A stretch of 64,000 nt of DNA from an uncultured Nitrososphaerales archaeon (GCA_963713605.1 CAVQMO010000005.1:192001-256000); one strand, 5' to 3'. Counted from the first letter of the stretch, positions 1 through 12,102 are shown. The notes: generated from the letters alone by a model not told the origin. A program made the numbers and translations.

Positions 1-225
1 TTATTTTATAGACAGTCGTAAAATATATAATCTTTCAGCTTCCAAATTATTTACATTTTCGAGAGGTTCAGCATAATATTCTTTCACTTGTAAATCATAC
101 TTGTATAATTTCGCTGCATTTATGCAATATGTAACGTCTGCCGCCTGGTCTTTTGGCTTCAGCAGACATTGTTCAATTAATGACTTGGGATGAGATTGCA
201 GGGATTCTGCATAATTTACTTCCAA
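1..225 (-). CDS. hypothetical protein, runs off window edge
   Basis: Open frame to position 1 downstream of the creatininase gene; no motif recognised; start uncertain. Confidence 0.3.
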   Translation of the reverse strand: MEVNYAESLQSHPKSLIEQCLLKPKDQAADVTYCINAAKLYKYDLQVKEYYAEPLENVNNLEAERLYILRLSIK

Positions 226-316
226 TCACTAATTCTAGACAGGCATTCCTACAGGATTTGAGTTGAATCAAGGATAGGTTTGTGGGGAGTTTGAGTAACT
301 AATAATGGTAATCTCC

Positions 317-1102
317 TTATTGTTCACGAGATATGCCATATTTCCATCTATGCCTATCCATGTCATTTAGAAATGATATCAGAATAGCTTCAAGTATCTC
401 CACAATTACATATCCTTTCTTGACAGTGGCTTTCCTCGGGGCTCCAGTGGTGCCCGTATCTGACAGTTCGTTGAATTTCCAATAAATCCTCACCTTGGGT
501 GGCAATTTCGGTATCATGTCTTTAGGAGCATTACTCATTTTCACCAGGTCAGGTCTTACGGCGAGCATTGCAGAAGTCTCTGCTTCGCCGCCATGACCTA
601 AGCCATCCCAGACGTCGAAAAGATTACGCCTAGATTGACCCACCAACATCCACCAAGCCTCTAGGCAGGCGATTACTACTTCGGGGTGCCTGCTTTTTAC
701 AAACCTGGATGCAATCTCTATTGGTGCAATGTTTCCATCATGACCATTTATGATTAGAATCCTCTTAATGCCATTCTTTATTATACTATGACAAATGTCC
801 TGAATTATCCTTACTACGGTCCCAGATTGAAGACTAATAGTCATTTGATAATCACCGTGATGTGAGCTTAGACCGTATGGAATGTAGGGAAGAATTATCA
901 CATTCTTTAATTTGACTGCAATTCTCTTGAGCAGTTCAGTCGGAAAAATAAAATCCGCTCCAAATGGCATGTGATCACCGTGATTTTCACATGCCCCGAT
1001 GACAATAATTACAGTTGTGCTCTTATTGATCGAATACTTGACTTGTAAGGCATTCATAGTAGCAAGCTCACGATTCTTATCACTCTTCGATTCAACTTTC
1101 AT
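317..1102 (-). CDS. creatininase/creatinine amidohydrolase family protein
   Basis: Motifs GACENHGDHMP, SSHH, INGHDGN, HGGEAETS, G-x-P-x-x-AT-x-x-KG. Confidence 0.9.
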   Translation of the reverse strand: MKVESKSDKNRELATMNALQVKYSINKSTTVIIVIGACENHGDHMPFGADFIFPTELLKRIAVKLKNVIILPYIPYGLSSHHGDYQMTISLQSGTVVRIIQDICHSIIKNGIKRILIINGHDGNIAPIEIASRFVKSRHPEVVIACLEAWWMLVGQSRRNLFDVWDGLGHGGEAETSAMLAVRPDLVKMSNAPKDMIPKLPPKVRIYWKFNELSDTGTTGAPRKATVKKGYVIVEILEAILISFLNDMDRHRWKYGISREQ

Positions 1103-1486
1103 GTGACTTACTATGGAGAAGGTACCATAAGTATATTGGATTTGATATCAAACATCTAATTACAACTAGATGTAATTTCAGTGAAAATCCATTTAGTAAC
1201 TTGCAATTGGCGAGCTCGTAGTTAACAGTGCTGATCTGTTAGATGAAATAGGTTCATTGAGTACAAGAATATCTGTCGTCTAAGCAAACACTATTATCCG
1301 TAACTGAAGTGTTTTCAGACTACACTCCAATTTGGAGTGAACTATAAGCCACAACATCAATCTATACCAAAATGCCAAACAAATATTCCAATCAAATAAT
1401 TGGGGTAAGTGTTGTCACTCGACTTTCCTCCCTAAATTATTCATATCTCTTAAATAATTTGCCTTAGTAGAATACTAAACTGCAAT

Positions 1487-2080
1487 TTGCTTCGAGGCTC
1501 AATACCGAGAAAGGAGACTGCTAGAGGCCTACTTAGTTTTCGAGTTAGCGCTAATTCGATTAAGCCTAAGGACCGTTCTAATCTGAATCAAATTCGTAGT
1601 ATCCAAAAAGTGCTTAAGAGGGGTGAAAAGGTTATCGCTGTCGTATTGCAACCAAGAACACTACCTGGTGGTTCTTATCTAAAACCTAATATCATTTACG
1701 CTACTAACGAGAGAATCATTGTAGTTGATCCACATTTGTCAGAGTTCGATGGGACCAAAGTAAGTATTCCATATGATCTAGTGACTAGTATAAAATTAGA
1801 AGAAGGTCCATACTCTACTTTGGCAATTAAATTTGAATCGGCAGCCTTGATTAACGCGGTTGGACTGGGCATGATTCATGGTATCTTGGGGGGAAAGAAT
1901 CGTTATGAGAGGATTATTGATGCAATCCCTAGAGAGAGAGCTGAAGATTTGATGGACGTAATACTATATGCAATGCGCAATAACAATATCAAATTTCGAA
2001 CCCGAAATTTGAGCGACATCAAAGTTAGGCGCGTAAAACAGAATGCAAGTGACGGTAGATTACGTATTGCGAATATTTAG
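1487..2080 (+). CDS. bacterial-type PH domain protein
   Basis: L..GEKVIAV...IYATNERIIV...SIPYD.VTSI pattern of bPH domains. Confidence 0.55.
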   Translation: MLRGSIPRKETARGLLSFRVSANSIKPKDRSNLNQIRSIQKVLKRGEKVIAVVLQPRTLPGGSYLKPNIIYATNERIIVVDPHLSEFDGTKVSIPYDLVTSIKLEEGPYSTLAIKFESAALINAVGLGMIHGILGGKNRYERIIDAIPRERAEDLMDVILYAMRNNNIKFRTRNLSDIKVRRVKQNASDGRLRIANI

Positions 2081-2358
2081 AGTGATAAATTTGGAGTCCG
2101 TAGAGTCAAATCGTCTGTCAGAAGAGAATAGGGGGTTATTTGTTTCTTTTATGGGGCAGTAACTTTTAGAGTCTATTGATGACCATTTCAGCCAACCTAA
2201 ATTATCAATATCTTTTGAAGAGGAAAAGGGATGCAGAAAGACTTTAAAAACTGGGGGCGTTCTACCAATGAGTCACAGATGAACCTTGAAGGTTAGAAAC
2301 GTAATACAGAGGAGATTTTAGGGGAATCAATTAATGACCTACAATTACGTTAGAATAA

Positions 2359-2703
2359 CTAGTTTGTTTCTTCCATACTAGAACTTTTCAGAACACTCGA
2401 AAGATCCTTAGATATTGTATCAATTACTCGTCTTACCTCCTCCTTGCTCTCTGCTTGATAAATTGCGATAGCCAGCACCTCTATTTCTTTCTGCAGAGCA
2501 TTTATCATTTTTGATTCAAGCTCAAAAAACCTATAAAAGTTGCCAAGTTCTTGACCAAGTGTAATACACAGAGAGATTATATCTTCATTTGAAGCACCCT
2601 TTCCTGCCAAGCCATTCAATTGTTCAACCAGACTATTAACAGCCTTCCGCCTCTGTGTGAAAATTAGCGCTAAAGCATCATCAGTAGATTCTCCATGACT
2701 CAT
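2359..2703 (-). CDS. hypothetical helical protein
   Basis: 114 aa ATG ORF with amphipathic helical composition. Confidence 0.5.
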   Translation of the reverse strand: MSHGESTDDALALIFTQRRKAVNSLVEQLNGLAGKGASNEDIISLCITLGQELGNFYRFFELESKMINALQKEIEVLAIAIYQAESKEEVRRVIDTISKDLSSVLKSSSMEETN

Positions 2704-3363
2704 ATCCGTATTCCTTAAATTCTAATTTAGATGAGTAACCTTACTTAAGGTTTCTTCTGTGTCTGAATCCCTAACTAGGCTGCCACCTTTCGTTTCTGTC
2801 AAATCTTTACTAAAGACGTTGCCGCCTAGCATGTCATCTTCTAGAACTCCTACTAAGAGTGTACTATCCTGCATCCATTTTATAGTAGGGAAGGACGTCT
2901 TTCATACTGATAATCCTTGACCATTGTATCTCTCTACTCTCTGTCTTCACCGTTGCTCCCAAAGGACACGTACAATATTTCGATAGAACTGGCATCACAA
3001 TTTTTACCATTGTCGCATCAATGTGATTGTCTAGACACTCTACTGCTTGTCGAAACGGGTCGATGACTGGAAGAAGAGTAGGATAAATATCTACTAGCCA
3101 ACTAAACAAATTTTAATAGTACGCAGATTTCATAGTGGATACATCCATTAACAAATGACAAACAATAGTTTATACTGGGAGACTGGAAGAATAGTCGCAA
3201 GTATTCCTTTCTCGATAGCACAAATTTTAGATCTCTTCAAAACCTGTAAACTCCCAACAAAGGACAACTAATAGATGTCATACGTCCTGGCATCGCCCTG
3301 ACTAGCCAATTCCCTAGGTTATTACTATCTTGCTCTTTCCCGGAGTGCAAGCCTAGCTATCTA

Positions 3364-3752
3364 TTATTCTTTGAATAGCTTATCTTTCACAATAGGCAAT
3401 ATTTTATTTAGTATGATTTTATCATGATCCGAATGTGTGTCGAATGATGCCATTAGTACTGGGTAGTCTACACTCCCAACGTATATTGTGGCACGTTTAA
3501 GCTTTTCATAAAGAGTAAAAGAATAAATCACTTTACCTAAGTCTTCGATTCCATTTCCATCCTATTGTTCATTCTCATTACAGTATCCATGGAGTATATT
3601 TCTGATTCGGTCTGATTCAAGTAGGGGACAAGACCATCTCGGTAGCTGAACAGTACTTGCTTGCCGTACTTGTCGGCAATACCTGCAAACCTTATAGCGT
3701 CATCGGATCGGATAATCTGTTTGCAAAGATCCTCTAGTTCGGTGCCGGTCAT
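3364..3752 (-). CDS. DUF6659-like (roadblock-like) protein, indel at ~3540
   Basis: LCKQI..DDAIRFAGIADKYG continues after the shift as LGKVIYSFTLYEKLKRATIY...VLMASFD...KILPIVKDKLFKE*; the break is at AGTCT 3540-3544. Confidence 0.75.
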
Positions 3753-3817
3753 TCAAATACCTTTTGTGTAGTGCATTTAATAAATGAATATAAACTAATT
3801 CCTCGGAAGGAGTCCTA

Positions 3818-4147
3818 TTGAAAAAGGTAGACGCAATCGTAAGAGCTGAGAGAATGCCTCTTATAAAGGAGCGTCTAAGGGATATGGGTGTGGCAGGAAT
3901 GACCATTTCAACAGTAATGGGCTGGAGCAAGACGAGGGAGCTTCACCTCCAGTGGAGAGGTCAACCTGTATCTTATGACCTAATTCAGAGGGCCAAATTT
4001 GAATTGGTGATTCCAAATTCCCAAGTTAAAGAAGTCGTAGAGACTATAATAGAATCTGCAAGATCCGGGAAGAATGGTGAACACGGGGACGGAATGATTT
4101 TCATCTCGAATGTGGATCACATAGTGAATGTCAAGTATTTGGGATAG
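3818..4147 (+). CDS. glnB: nitrogen regulatory protein P-II family
   Basis: MKKVDAIVR, GVAGMTIS.V.G, K.ELV, IIESARSG...GDGMIFISNV; glnB versus glnK cannot be resolved. Confidence 0.9.
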   Translation: MKKVDAIVRAERMPLIKERLRDMGVAGMTISTVMGWSKTRELHLQWRGQPVSYDLIQRAKFELVIPNSQVKEVVETIIESARSGKNGEHGDGMIFISNVDHIVNVKYLG

Positions 4148-4912
4148 CACATTAGCATTAGTTACCTTACTAAGCAAGTCTTACAGACTTAAAACCAGAG
4201 CAAATAAAGTTAGGTGAACTAGTAATTACTGTGTGTTATTAGTTCTTGGGGTTTTAAATTAAAGAATGGGCTATCGCTCGCGTTAACGGCTATTGTTAAC
4301 TGTTAACAAGTGGTGCTAGCAGAATTGCTATCGAGTTGTTAACGTTAACAGATTTATGAGTCGTTCAATTAGATTTCACGCTCAAGCTTGTTAATGTTCA
4401 AAATGACTGTTCAGTAATGATTCTATCACCAACCGATTTACATTATGTACCTATTTGCAAAAGTGTTCAAGACGTTCAACAAGGTGTTCAATATTATATA
4501 GTAGAAGATTGTTAAATAAATATCTTAGATTGTATATCTGAAACCAAGCCCAAGACTATAGCGGGGTAGCGACAGAAATTCAGTTAGGTTAAGTCCAATG
4601 TGACTATTTCTGATGTTAGATTATTATACGAGCAGCCTATCGTTTTATTGCTAAACGAAACGTACTCAGATGTCAAAAGTCATTTCACAAAATCCTAACG
4701 GCATTCCAAATTAACAAAAGAAAAAGAAACGATAAATTAGGAATGAAGGCATTAGAGTTGATAGACTCACCATTGTTCGCGCTTGTTTCAAATGATGCCA
4801 GATAAACGTGACCGAATTCCAACCGAACCAAATCAATATTACTGGAATACTTATCAGATAAATCTGAAACAACTGACAATAACCTTGATAGCTCAAATTC
4901 CTTAGTAATTAT

Positions 4913-5294
4913 ATGTTCAAGTCCAAATATGTGAAATATGTCGCCTTGTCAGTCTTTGTTGGGAGTGTTTGTGACAATGTTTGGTACCATCGGAGATTTT
5001 CAGAACCATGCACTAGCACAGATAACGCCCGCGCCAGAGAAGACTGGTGGTAGTAGTAGCAGTGACCAGCCCTCCTCGAATAACCCATCGAGTGATGGCG
5101 ACGAAGGGGGCGGTGGCAGTAACACGGACTCTTCAGAATCGTCAAGTTCAAGTGATGATAGTGAAAGTCAGGATATATCTGAGGAAGAAGGCACTGGTTC
5201 GGATTCTGGCGAGAGCAACCCATTAATGGAGCAAATAATTAATAAGGTAAAACAGGATTTCGCTGCAGCAGGCCTGCCCTCTCTTGACTGGTGA
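4913..5294 (+). CDS. small secreted Ser/Asp/Gly-rich protein, indel at ~4952
   Basis: Reconstructed MFKSKYVKYVALSALLGVFVTMFG...HALAQ signal peptide after correcting AGTCT (4951-4955) to AGCT; acidic low-complexity body. Confidence 0.7.
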
Positions 5295-5541
5295 AATACG
5301 AATCTTTTTTCGTCAAATCCTGAACATTAATACTACAGTCGAGGCCAAGTTATATAGTTGTCCAGTATTAAGCTGGTCTCATATTCCTATCAAGAAGCTT
5401 AGGTATACATATTCAGGAATTGAATATAACCATCACTGCCGTTGAGAACAACTTAAACGGATAACCCCGATGTCCACCCGCTCGCCCTTATCCCAGAAAA
5501 TATGTCAAACTCAATTCGTGGATGACTATCGTTGGGAAATG

Positions 5542-5895
5542 TTATGGAAACGGAACACCCCCACCTGCTGTAGATGGGATTTTTGATTCAATGTCGCCAC
5601 TTTTCGTATCCTCTTTCTGATCTCCACTGTTATCGTTGTCATTATTACCGTCATTGTTATCTTTTTCATCGCTGTCATGCGTAGCAATAGAATCATCGGA
5701 TGAGGGTGAGGACGAAGTTGGGGAAGAACAGTCTACTAGAGAAACGACAACCCCATCACAGGATGAGGATCTTTGAGCATAAACCTGATGCGATATTGCT
5801 AAACTGGCCTATCCCTGCGGGAATAATCATCAGTAACATTATGAATATGAATAGGGATGATAAACTGACCTTGCCCTCGAAGTGTAAATTGTGCA
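5542..5895 (-). CDS. small secreted acidic protein, one indel near 5790; absent from ORF track
   Basis: Hydrophobic SLFIFIMLLMIIPAG, then in shifted frame QVYAQRSSSCDGVVVSLVDCSSP...DNNDGNNDNDNSGDQKEDTKSGDIESKIPSTAGGGVPFP*; start approximate. Confidence 0.55.
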
Positions 5896-6569
5896 AATGG
5901 ACCTTACAAACTTCTTTTCATGACCATTGTTATTTGATTTTAGTAACATATCTACGTTAACATTATAATATAATATAATTCTCCTCGTGCAATTCGAATT
6001 TGAGAGGCTAGACAATCTAGGGACCGTTTTTTTTGCAAAAATAAATTTTATGCTGTCATTTCATGTGGTTCATGGCCAATTTACTTTCTTACTGCAGACT
6101 TTGGCAAAGCCTTTTCCTTTTCAACCTCAGTTATTCGTTTTAGCTACAACATCAGCCATGAGGACGAACACAATCATTTTTTGGAAGCGCGTTCGGGTTA
6201 GCATCTCCTTAACTACTAACTAACTAACTGAGAACCATACCGTCTAGAGAAGATATTATGTTAAACGAAGATGTCACCTTGTGTGCCACTCACTTGTGGA
6301 CACTGTTCAGTCTTAATGACACGCATAGTTGGACAGGTGTTAGTTGATTTACAGCCATTACCACTTTAAGGATGCGATAAAGATCGAAATGGGAATTTAC
6401 TCGTTTTCGAGCCATTATCCAACGCGCAGAATTACAACTCGCAATAATAATACATCAGAATTAATTTCCAAGCCCTCCCGGATGGAATATAAATTGCAGA
6501 AAACCTGATTTTGAAGCAGCAGACAGGATTAATTACATTCTTATATGGTACTCATATCACGAAGGATGT

Positions 6570-6857
6570 ATGGAGAACAAATCAAGACTTGCGGTTGAAA
6601 CTTTCTCGGCCAGTATTGATCATTCTGCTCAAAGCCTTGCAGATGAGAGTGATTTTAGAAATAGATACATGAATGAATTGAGGAAAAAGAGACAACATGG
6701 CTTTAACAACTATTTTGGGATTGACGAACTAGTGGAGGAAAGACGGCAGGTGAATCAACAACAAATGAAGACTCCAGGTCGCCGAGGAGAGATAATAAAG
6801 CATGAAGAAATTGACAAGGAAATATTAAGACGATTAAAAAACGAAACACAAATCTAG
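6570..6857 (+). CDS. hypothetical protein
   Basis: 95 aa ATG ORF preceded by TTTATA ~30 nt upstream; charged helical sequence. Confidence 0.65.
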   Translation: MENKSRLAVETFSASIDHSAQSLADESDFRNRYMNELRKKRQHGFNNYFGIDELVEERRQVNQQQMKTPGRRGEIIKHEEIDKEILRRLKNETQI

Positions 6858-7495
6858 TCTGAGACCTTTCAATGTTTTTTGAAGACTGCGATTTAAGGGT
6901 ATTAAATCTCTCTCAAGGTATTTGCAAATAATGTTTTGGTAGAACACGCTATAATTATTATGTATCTTATGGTCTTATTTTTGTCACAATTTTCAAAATA
7001 TTATTAAGTTGTGGATCACGTTCTGCTTCATCGGTCATGCGTCGTCTTGAGTTTTTTTCATGCTCATGGTTTCTTTTTTCATTTTATGCAACGGTCGACG
7101 AAGCTTAAAGAAACATGACTCTGATCTTCGGAAAGTAAGGGAACCTAGGCTGCATTAATGTAATCTAACTGATCTTAGGCTAGCTTAGGAAGAAAAAATA
7201 GACCCAATACTTGCAAAGTCCAAAATGAATGAATTATCGTAATTCGGAATATTGATGCTATTACCTATTTCCCCCAGCCTAAAGTCATTGGATACTGACA
7301 CAGAAGACTAATAACAGACTATCCAGGAATGATATTTCGTTTTTTGGTTCCATTCATTTGCCGACACATTACTTGATAATGTGACTACTCCTAAGAAAAG
7401 TCTATTCGATCTTGATCGCCGGCGGCAATTTGCCTGAGGCAATTACTATCCGCGCTTTAATTAAGACCCTTACTGGTGAAGGTCAATAATGAATA

Positions 7496-8066
7496 TCAGT
7501 ACCGGAGTACCTTTAGCTCTCTGTTTTTTTAGAGCCTCAATATACCACTCAAATTCCTCAACAAATTTCAAAAATCTATGTTCGAACGATGCATCCAAAA
7601 GTTTGCCCCCTTTGGCAAAAACGGTATGGACTCTAGGAATTGGCAGGGAGGAGGGTATCGTAGGTGCTCCTAACTCCGCAAATATGTTTCTAAGGTGTTG
7701 AGTAGCATTTATACCACCAAATGCTCCCGGTGAATAAGAAACTATCGCAGAAGGCTTGAAATAATACTCTTCAAGAAAGTAATCCAGTGTATTTTTCATC
7801 GCAGCAGAAATACTGTGATTATATTCGGGGGTAACAGCAAGATAGCCGTCTGCTTCTACGATCTTATCTCGAAGTTCTGTGAGTTTCTTGGAAGGCGGAT
7901 TCATCTCTTTGTACATACGATCAAGCAAAGGCAAGTCCAAAATTAGCGGATCGATTAGATATACGATATGGTCTCTCGTCTTAACCTTTTGCTCAAGCCA
8001 CATCCCAACGTTAATCCCTTGACGATCTCGTCTAACAGACCCTAAAATCAACGCAATTGTTGCCAT
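7496..8066 (-). CDS. NADPH-dependent FMN reductase (flavodoxin-like)
   Basis: GSVRRDR, ADGYLAVTPEYNHS, KNTLD, YSPGAFGG; true end probably ...KGTPY* at 7496 after removing an extra base at GTACC 7499-7503. Confidence 0.9.
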
Positions 8067-8111
8067 TCGAATTATCTAACTTTTCACCTAATATCAGTGA
8101 ATATAATGCTT

Positions 8112-8232
8112 TCATATCACAACTATAGGAAAATGCAAAGGAACATACAAAACCTTTGTGACATGATACTGTCATATCACAACTATAGGAAAAATGCAAA
8201 GGACATACAGAAACCTTTGTGACATGATACTG
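8112..8232. repeat. two tandem copies of a 60-61 bp unit
   Basis: TCATATCACAACTATAGGAAAATGCAAAGG...AACCTTTGTGACATGATACTG at 8112-8171 and 8172-8232. Confidence 0.95.
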
Positions 8233-8404
8233 CATCTACCAATGAACCCGTTCATGTTAAATTGTAGTTTTATTGCACTAGCAAAGCAATTCAGGGATTA
8301 TGGTAGAGTGCGATGGCTAAGGATCTCTTCAATACAGCTAAAGATATGATGTCAAATTAACCAATTCTCAATACATGTACAACATGTACAATGATATCGA
8401 TAAT

Positions 8405-10162
8405 TCATTTACGTTTCACAAGCACAGCGTTGTCAGTGTCGATGCTTTGCCAAATAACGTCGTAGCCAAGCATTGAGATTAGTTCGGCGTGACAAACTTC
8501 AGGGATAGAATTATCAGATAGGATACGACACGCCTCAGTAAACTTCTTAGTACCATTTAAGAGCTCGGCTAACGCATTTACCTTTGACTTGGACACAAAC
8601 CACGAATCTATTATTAGATAGTCTGCGTTATTGTCTCTGGTCGCAAGTGCCGTAGCAATTTCAATAGGCACTTTATATGCCTCGGAAATCTCTTCAATAG
8701 AAATAACATCTTTTGTACCGTCAAACCGTATCCTTAGGTCTGATTCCAACATCTTTGATTGAATTTGCTGCCTGTCAATCGATTTCAAATACTCCTGTAA
8801 CTTCTTAACGGAAACTGACGTTTTCCTAAAAAATATGATCCTGTTATTAGATTGGTCATGAAAGGATGGACTGAAGAGCTTAGAGCATGAGAGCTCTTCG
8901 TCCACCGCAACAAAAAGATCGACGTTACTGTTATGGAGAATATCATTAACTTTTTGGAATTTTTTTTCCAGGTACTCTTTTGTCCAAAATCCTACTATCT
9001 CTAGATAGACCTTTCGACCATACTTCTCAAATAAGAAATCAGGAATAAACGCAATTCCATTTCCGACAATTAGGGGATCAGGCTCTCTCTTAATTTTCCA
9101 TCTATTGGCAAGATGTTCGAACCTACTTGCAAATTTTTCTTCGAGGGAGCTATCAAAATAGGAAGAAGTTAGTCGAGTATTGACACTATTATTCCGGTGA
9201 TTGGGAGATGGTTCCCTCAATTTGAGTTGCTGAAACTCTGTAGATGAAGCTCTAAATTCATATATCTTCTTGCCAGACACTGTCTTTCTAACTATAAATG
9301 CTCTCAAGTACCAGTAAGACGAAGAAATGATGAACGGAACAAGTTTTGCTATAGAAGTTCCATATCTGTCGGTCAACTTGAATAGGCTGACCGGCCCATC
9401 AATTGAACACACCAACTTGCTGTCATTGTCACTGTTATTTTTCATTGTGGAATGTATCAAGTGCTCTCTACTCTTTCCGACATAACCATTTTCGGCGTCA
9501 TAGCTCTCACCCGCAGTTCCCTGCTCCTTCAAATTGTACATTAGACCGAGGCGTTTTACTTTTCTAATGATATTCTTCCAGTTTGCCCCTCCCCTTACGC
9601 TGAACTCTAGCCTGGTACACGTGAAAAGCAACGTCTGCAATAGGGACAGATCATACCATCCTAGTAGTTCCTCAGAACCGACAGAATCGAACAACTCTAG
9701 GATCGTATTTTCATCAAGGTCACTCCATATTGATTGTATTATGGAAGTCGGTGAAACCTTGGTCTTCGATGCGATTGCACTTATTATCTCCTCACGGCGA
9801 GATTCTGTAAGCGCATGACCACGTCTTGACGATTCCTCCCACAAGAGCCTCCGAATGTCGACAGGACTTGCTAGATTCTCACAATTATCGTCCCGTTGAC
9901 CTATGCTTGTGCTAAACTGACATCTCCTCTCAAGTAGGGTTGAAAGTCCTCTAACAAGCTTATAGTCCTCGAAATTCCTTTCTACGAGTGAAATCCTTTC
10001 GTATAGAGTCTTTTTGTTTTCCTTCTTTGCAGCCGATTCTTCGAATTCATTGATGATTAGTTTGGCAAGTTCTAGATGTCTAGACTTATTCTCTGCGCCA
10101 CTTAAGAGGGGAATTATCTCTCCCTTTCTTGTTCTAACTCTAAGTAATTGACTCGGCAGCAT
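8405..10162 (-). CDS. bax1: DUF790 family endonuclease (Bax1, XPB partner)
   Basis: MLPSQLLR start, DYKLVRGL..LLERR, Y.LSLLQTLLF, LGLMY, DGPVSLFK.TDRYG, FDSSLEEKF, REPDP, FIPDF...YLEIVGFWT.EYLEKK nuclease motif. Confidence 0.9.
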   Translation of the reverse strand: MLPSQLLRVRTRKGEIIPLLSGAENKSRHLELAKLIINEFEESAAKKENKKTLYERISLVERNFEDYKLVRGLSTLLERRCQFSTSIGQRDDNCENLASPVDIRRLLWEESSRRGHALTESRREEIISAIASKTKVSPTSIIQSIWSDLDENTILELFDSVGSEELLGWYDLSLLQTLLFTCTRLEFSVRGGANWKNIIRKVKRLGLMYNLKEQGTAGESYDAENGYVGKSREHLIHSTMKNNSDNDSKLVCSIDGPVSLFKLTDRYGTSIAKLVPFIISSSYWYLRAFIVRKTVSGKKIYEFRASSTEFQQLKLREPSPNHRNNSVNTRLTSSYFDSSLEEKFASRFEHLANRWKIKREPDPLIVGNGIAFIPDFLFEKYGRKVYLEIVGFWTKEYLEKKFQKVNDILHNSNVDLFVAVDEELSCSKLFSPSFHDQSNNRIIFFRKTSVSVKKLQEYLKSIDRQQIQSKMLESDLRIRFDGTKDVISIEEISEAYKVPIEIATALATRDNNADYLIIDSWFVSKSKVNALAELLNGTKKFTEACRILSDNSIPEVCHAELISMLGYDVIWQSIDTDNAVLVKRK

Positions 10163-10616
10163 TTCTTAATTGAACAAGCTCATCTTTGTCAATCCTAATT
10201 TCGTGCAAATCTAGACGCATCAAAATACTCGTCAACACCAATTTATGAATATTTCCTCACGCTTAGAACTGACGCACGAATGTTGGATATAGTAATGGTT
10301 CTACTGCTCCTTGTTTTCATTCTGTCCTTTCTCCAGGTTCGAAGACTTTAACATCTCACCTAAGTACTATGATTTAACTAAAAAATTTTGATATTATATG
10401 ACAGGAATATTTTATTCACCATAACATATTGATGATATCTGACTATTATTAATTTTAGCTTTTTCTGCCAGAATATTGAGAAAATCAGTCGTAAAAGTGC
10501 ATCAATAGAAATGAGCTAGTGTGTGTGTTCGTCCACCAGGTTAATGTAAAAATTTACCGAATCGATCTATCGCATAATCGGAAAAAAGGTTTGGAGGGTT
10601 TACTATTGTAGTCCCA

Positions 10617-11440
10617 TTACCTTCCTATACACAGACCACTTGGATTACTTGTCTGACAGACTGTTGTCCACATATTGATTTGCGTTGATGTTTGTTGGTA
10701 GTCCATTTGCATTGTTAAGGTCAATTACATTCTCAAGTACGTTATTTGCTGATATTGTATTCTGTTTGCTCTGTCCATCTAGAAATACTCCATTCTGACT
10801 TCCAACTACATTGTTCATTCCTACACTGGACTGTTGTGTGTTGACAAATGTTATTCCTGCTAGCAAGTTGCCATTCATAAGGTTTGAGTCTATAGCACCA
10901 CCTGTACTTGAGTGAGATGCTACACCTATACTATTACCCTGTATGATGTTTTGTTTTACTTGTGCATTTTCAGCTCCTGTCATAAATGTACCTATCTGGT
11001 TGTTAGATAGTATGACAGAATTAATCGTAAATCCATTTGCTCCAGTAAGAAGTACTCCTGCTTGGAAGTTGCTGAGTGAACCAGGTCCATTTACTACTAC
11101 ATTATCAACATTTGGTACCATAATCCCAACTTTAGAGTCTGTCCTGTCCAGGTCCTGTGATTGAGAATCCATTCATGTTAATTACTGTGTTTGGACCACC
11201 TACTATGATACCATCTCCACTATTGCAGTTAAGATTTGCAGTTAGATTTACTACTCCGCTTACCACTTGTCCACATGCTGCGTTTGTTGATGCTCCTGGA
11301 GGAGTCCCACCACCTTGTTGTGCAGTCGCGGTTGGAATGCTTACCGCAATGATGCTTAAGGTCAGGAGGGCAATCATTCCTGATGCCACAATCATTGACG
11401 AGATACTACAACCTCCATTATTCGTTCTACTTTTCTCCAT
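10617..11440 (-). CDS. secreted right-handed beta-helix (PbH1/NosD-like) protein, copy 1; indels at 11136-11140 and 10658-10662
   Basis: Signal peptide, CG.VVSG.V.LTANLNC, repeated N..GI/N..GV coils, ends SCQTSNPSGLCIGR*; frames join after AGACT to AGCT corrections. Confidence 0.85.
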
Positions 11441-11467
11441 TCCTAATCGAAGAATGATGTAGTATTA

Positions 11468-11497
11468 GTATTATTTATGTGGATATATGAACTGTAC
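11468..11497 (-). promoter_or_regulatory. TATA-containing promoter of beta-helix copy 1
   Basis: GTAC-N8-TATCCACATAAATAATAC ending 28 nt before ATG; homologous to copies 2 and 3. Confidence 0.6.
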
Positions 11498-12102
11498 CCA
11501 AAGTAAGATTAATTCATTTTGATCATAGATTATGCCTCTAGCCATTTTTCGTAAGAAATTCTAGGTACATTAAACAATTCTATAAGGGTGTTCGACTAGA
11601 GCCTCTGTCGTAAGGGCAGTTCCACATTTTTCATGTAAGGAAGAACGAATCAAACCATTACCTTATTTATTACGGCGATACGAAAGTGAAATAATATTGA
11701 TTCTCGGGAGAAGTTAACACTATCAAGGTTCTAAAGATATTAGTCTCAGGGACAACGGGCCTTAAACTAGATGTCGATGCTACTAGTCATCTCGAAGAAG
11801 TTAAAGATGCTATTTAATGTCAAAACCTTTGCAAGGCCTATTAAGAAAAGCTTCAAGTTGCTAATCCTCTAAATGATTCTAGAGATTTGGTATTAACCTC
11901 TGGTAAAACTCACAGAACAAGCTCTTTTGGGTGATATTGTTTTGCAGGCGAATCAACCTGGGGTATTGTTGAACTCTGTTGCAGTCATTTAATCTAGCAC
12001 AAAATACTTCAAGTAGACATGGGCTATAAAACTAACCGTCATGTCTTCGCTTTTCCCGCAGTTCACAAACATTTTATGGTACACTCACTATTTATTTAGC
12101 TA

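Noticed and set aside
8112..8232. CRISPR mini-array
   Set aside because: Two contiguous ~60-bp units with no unique spacer.
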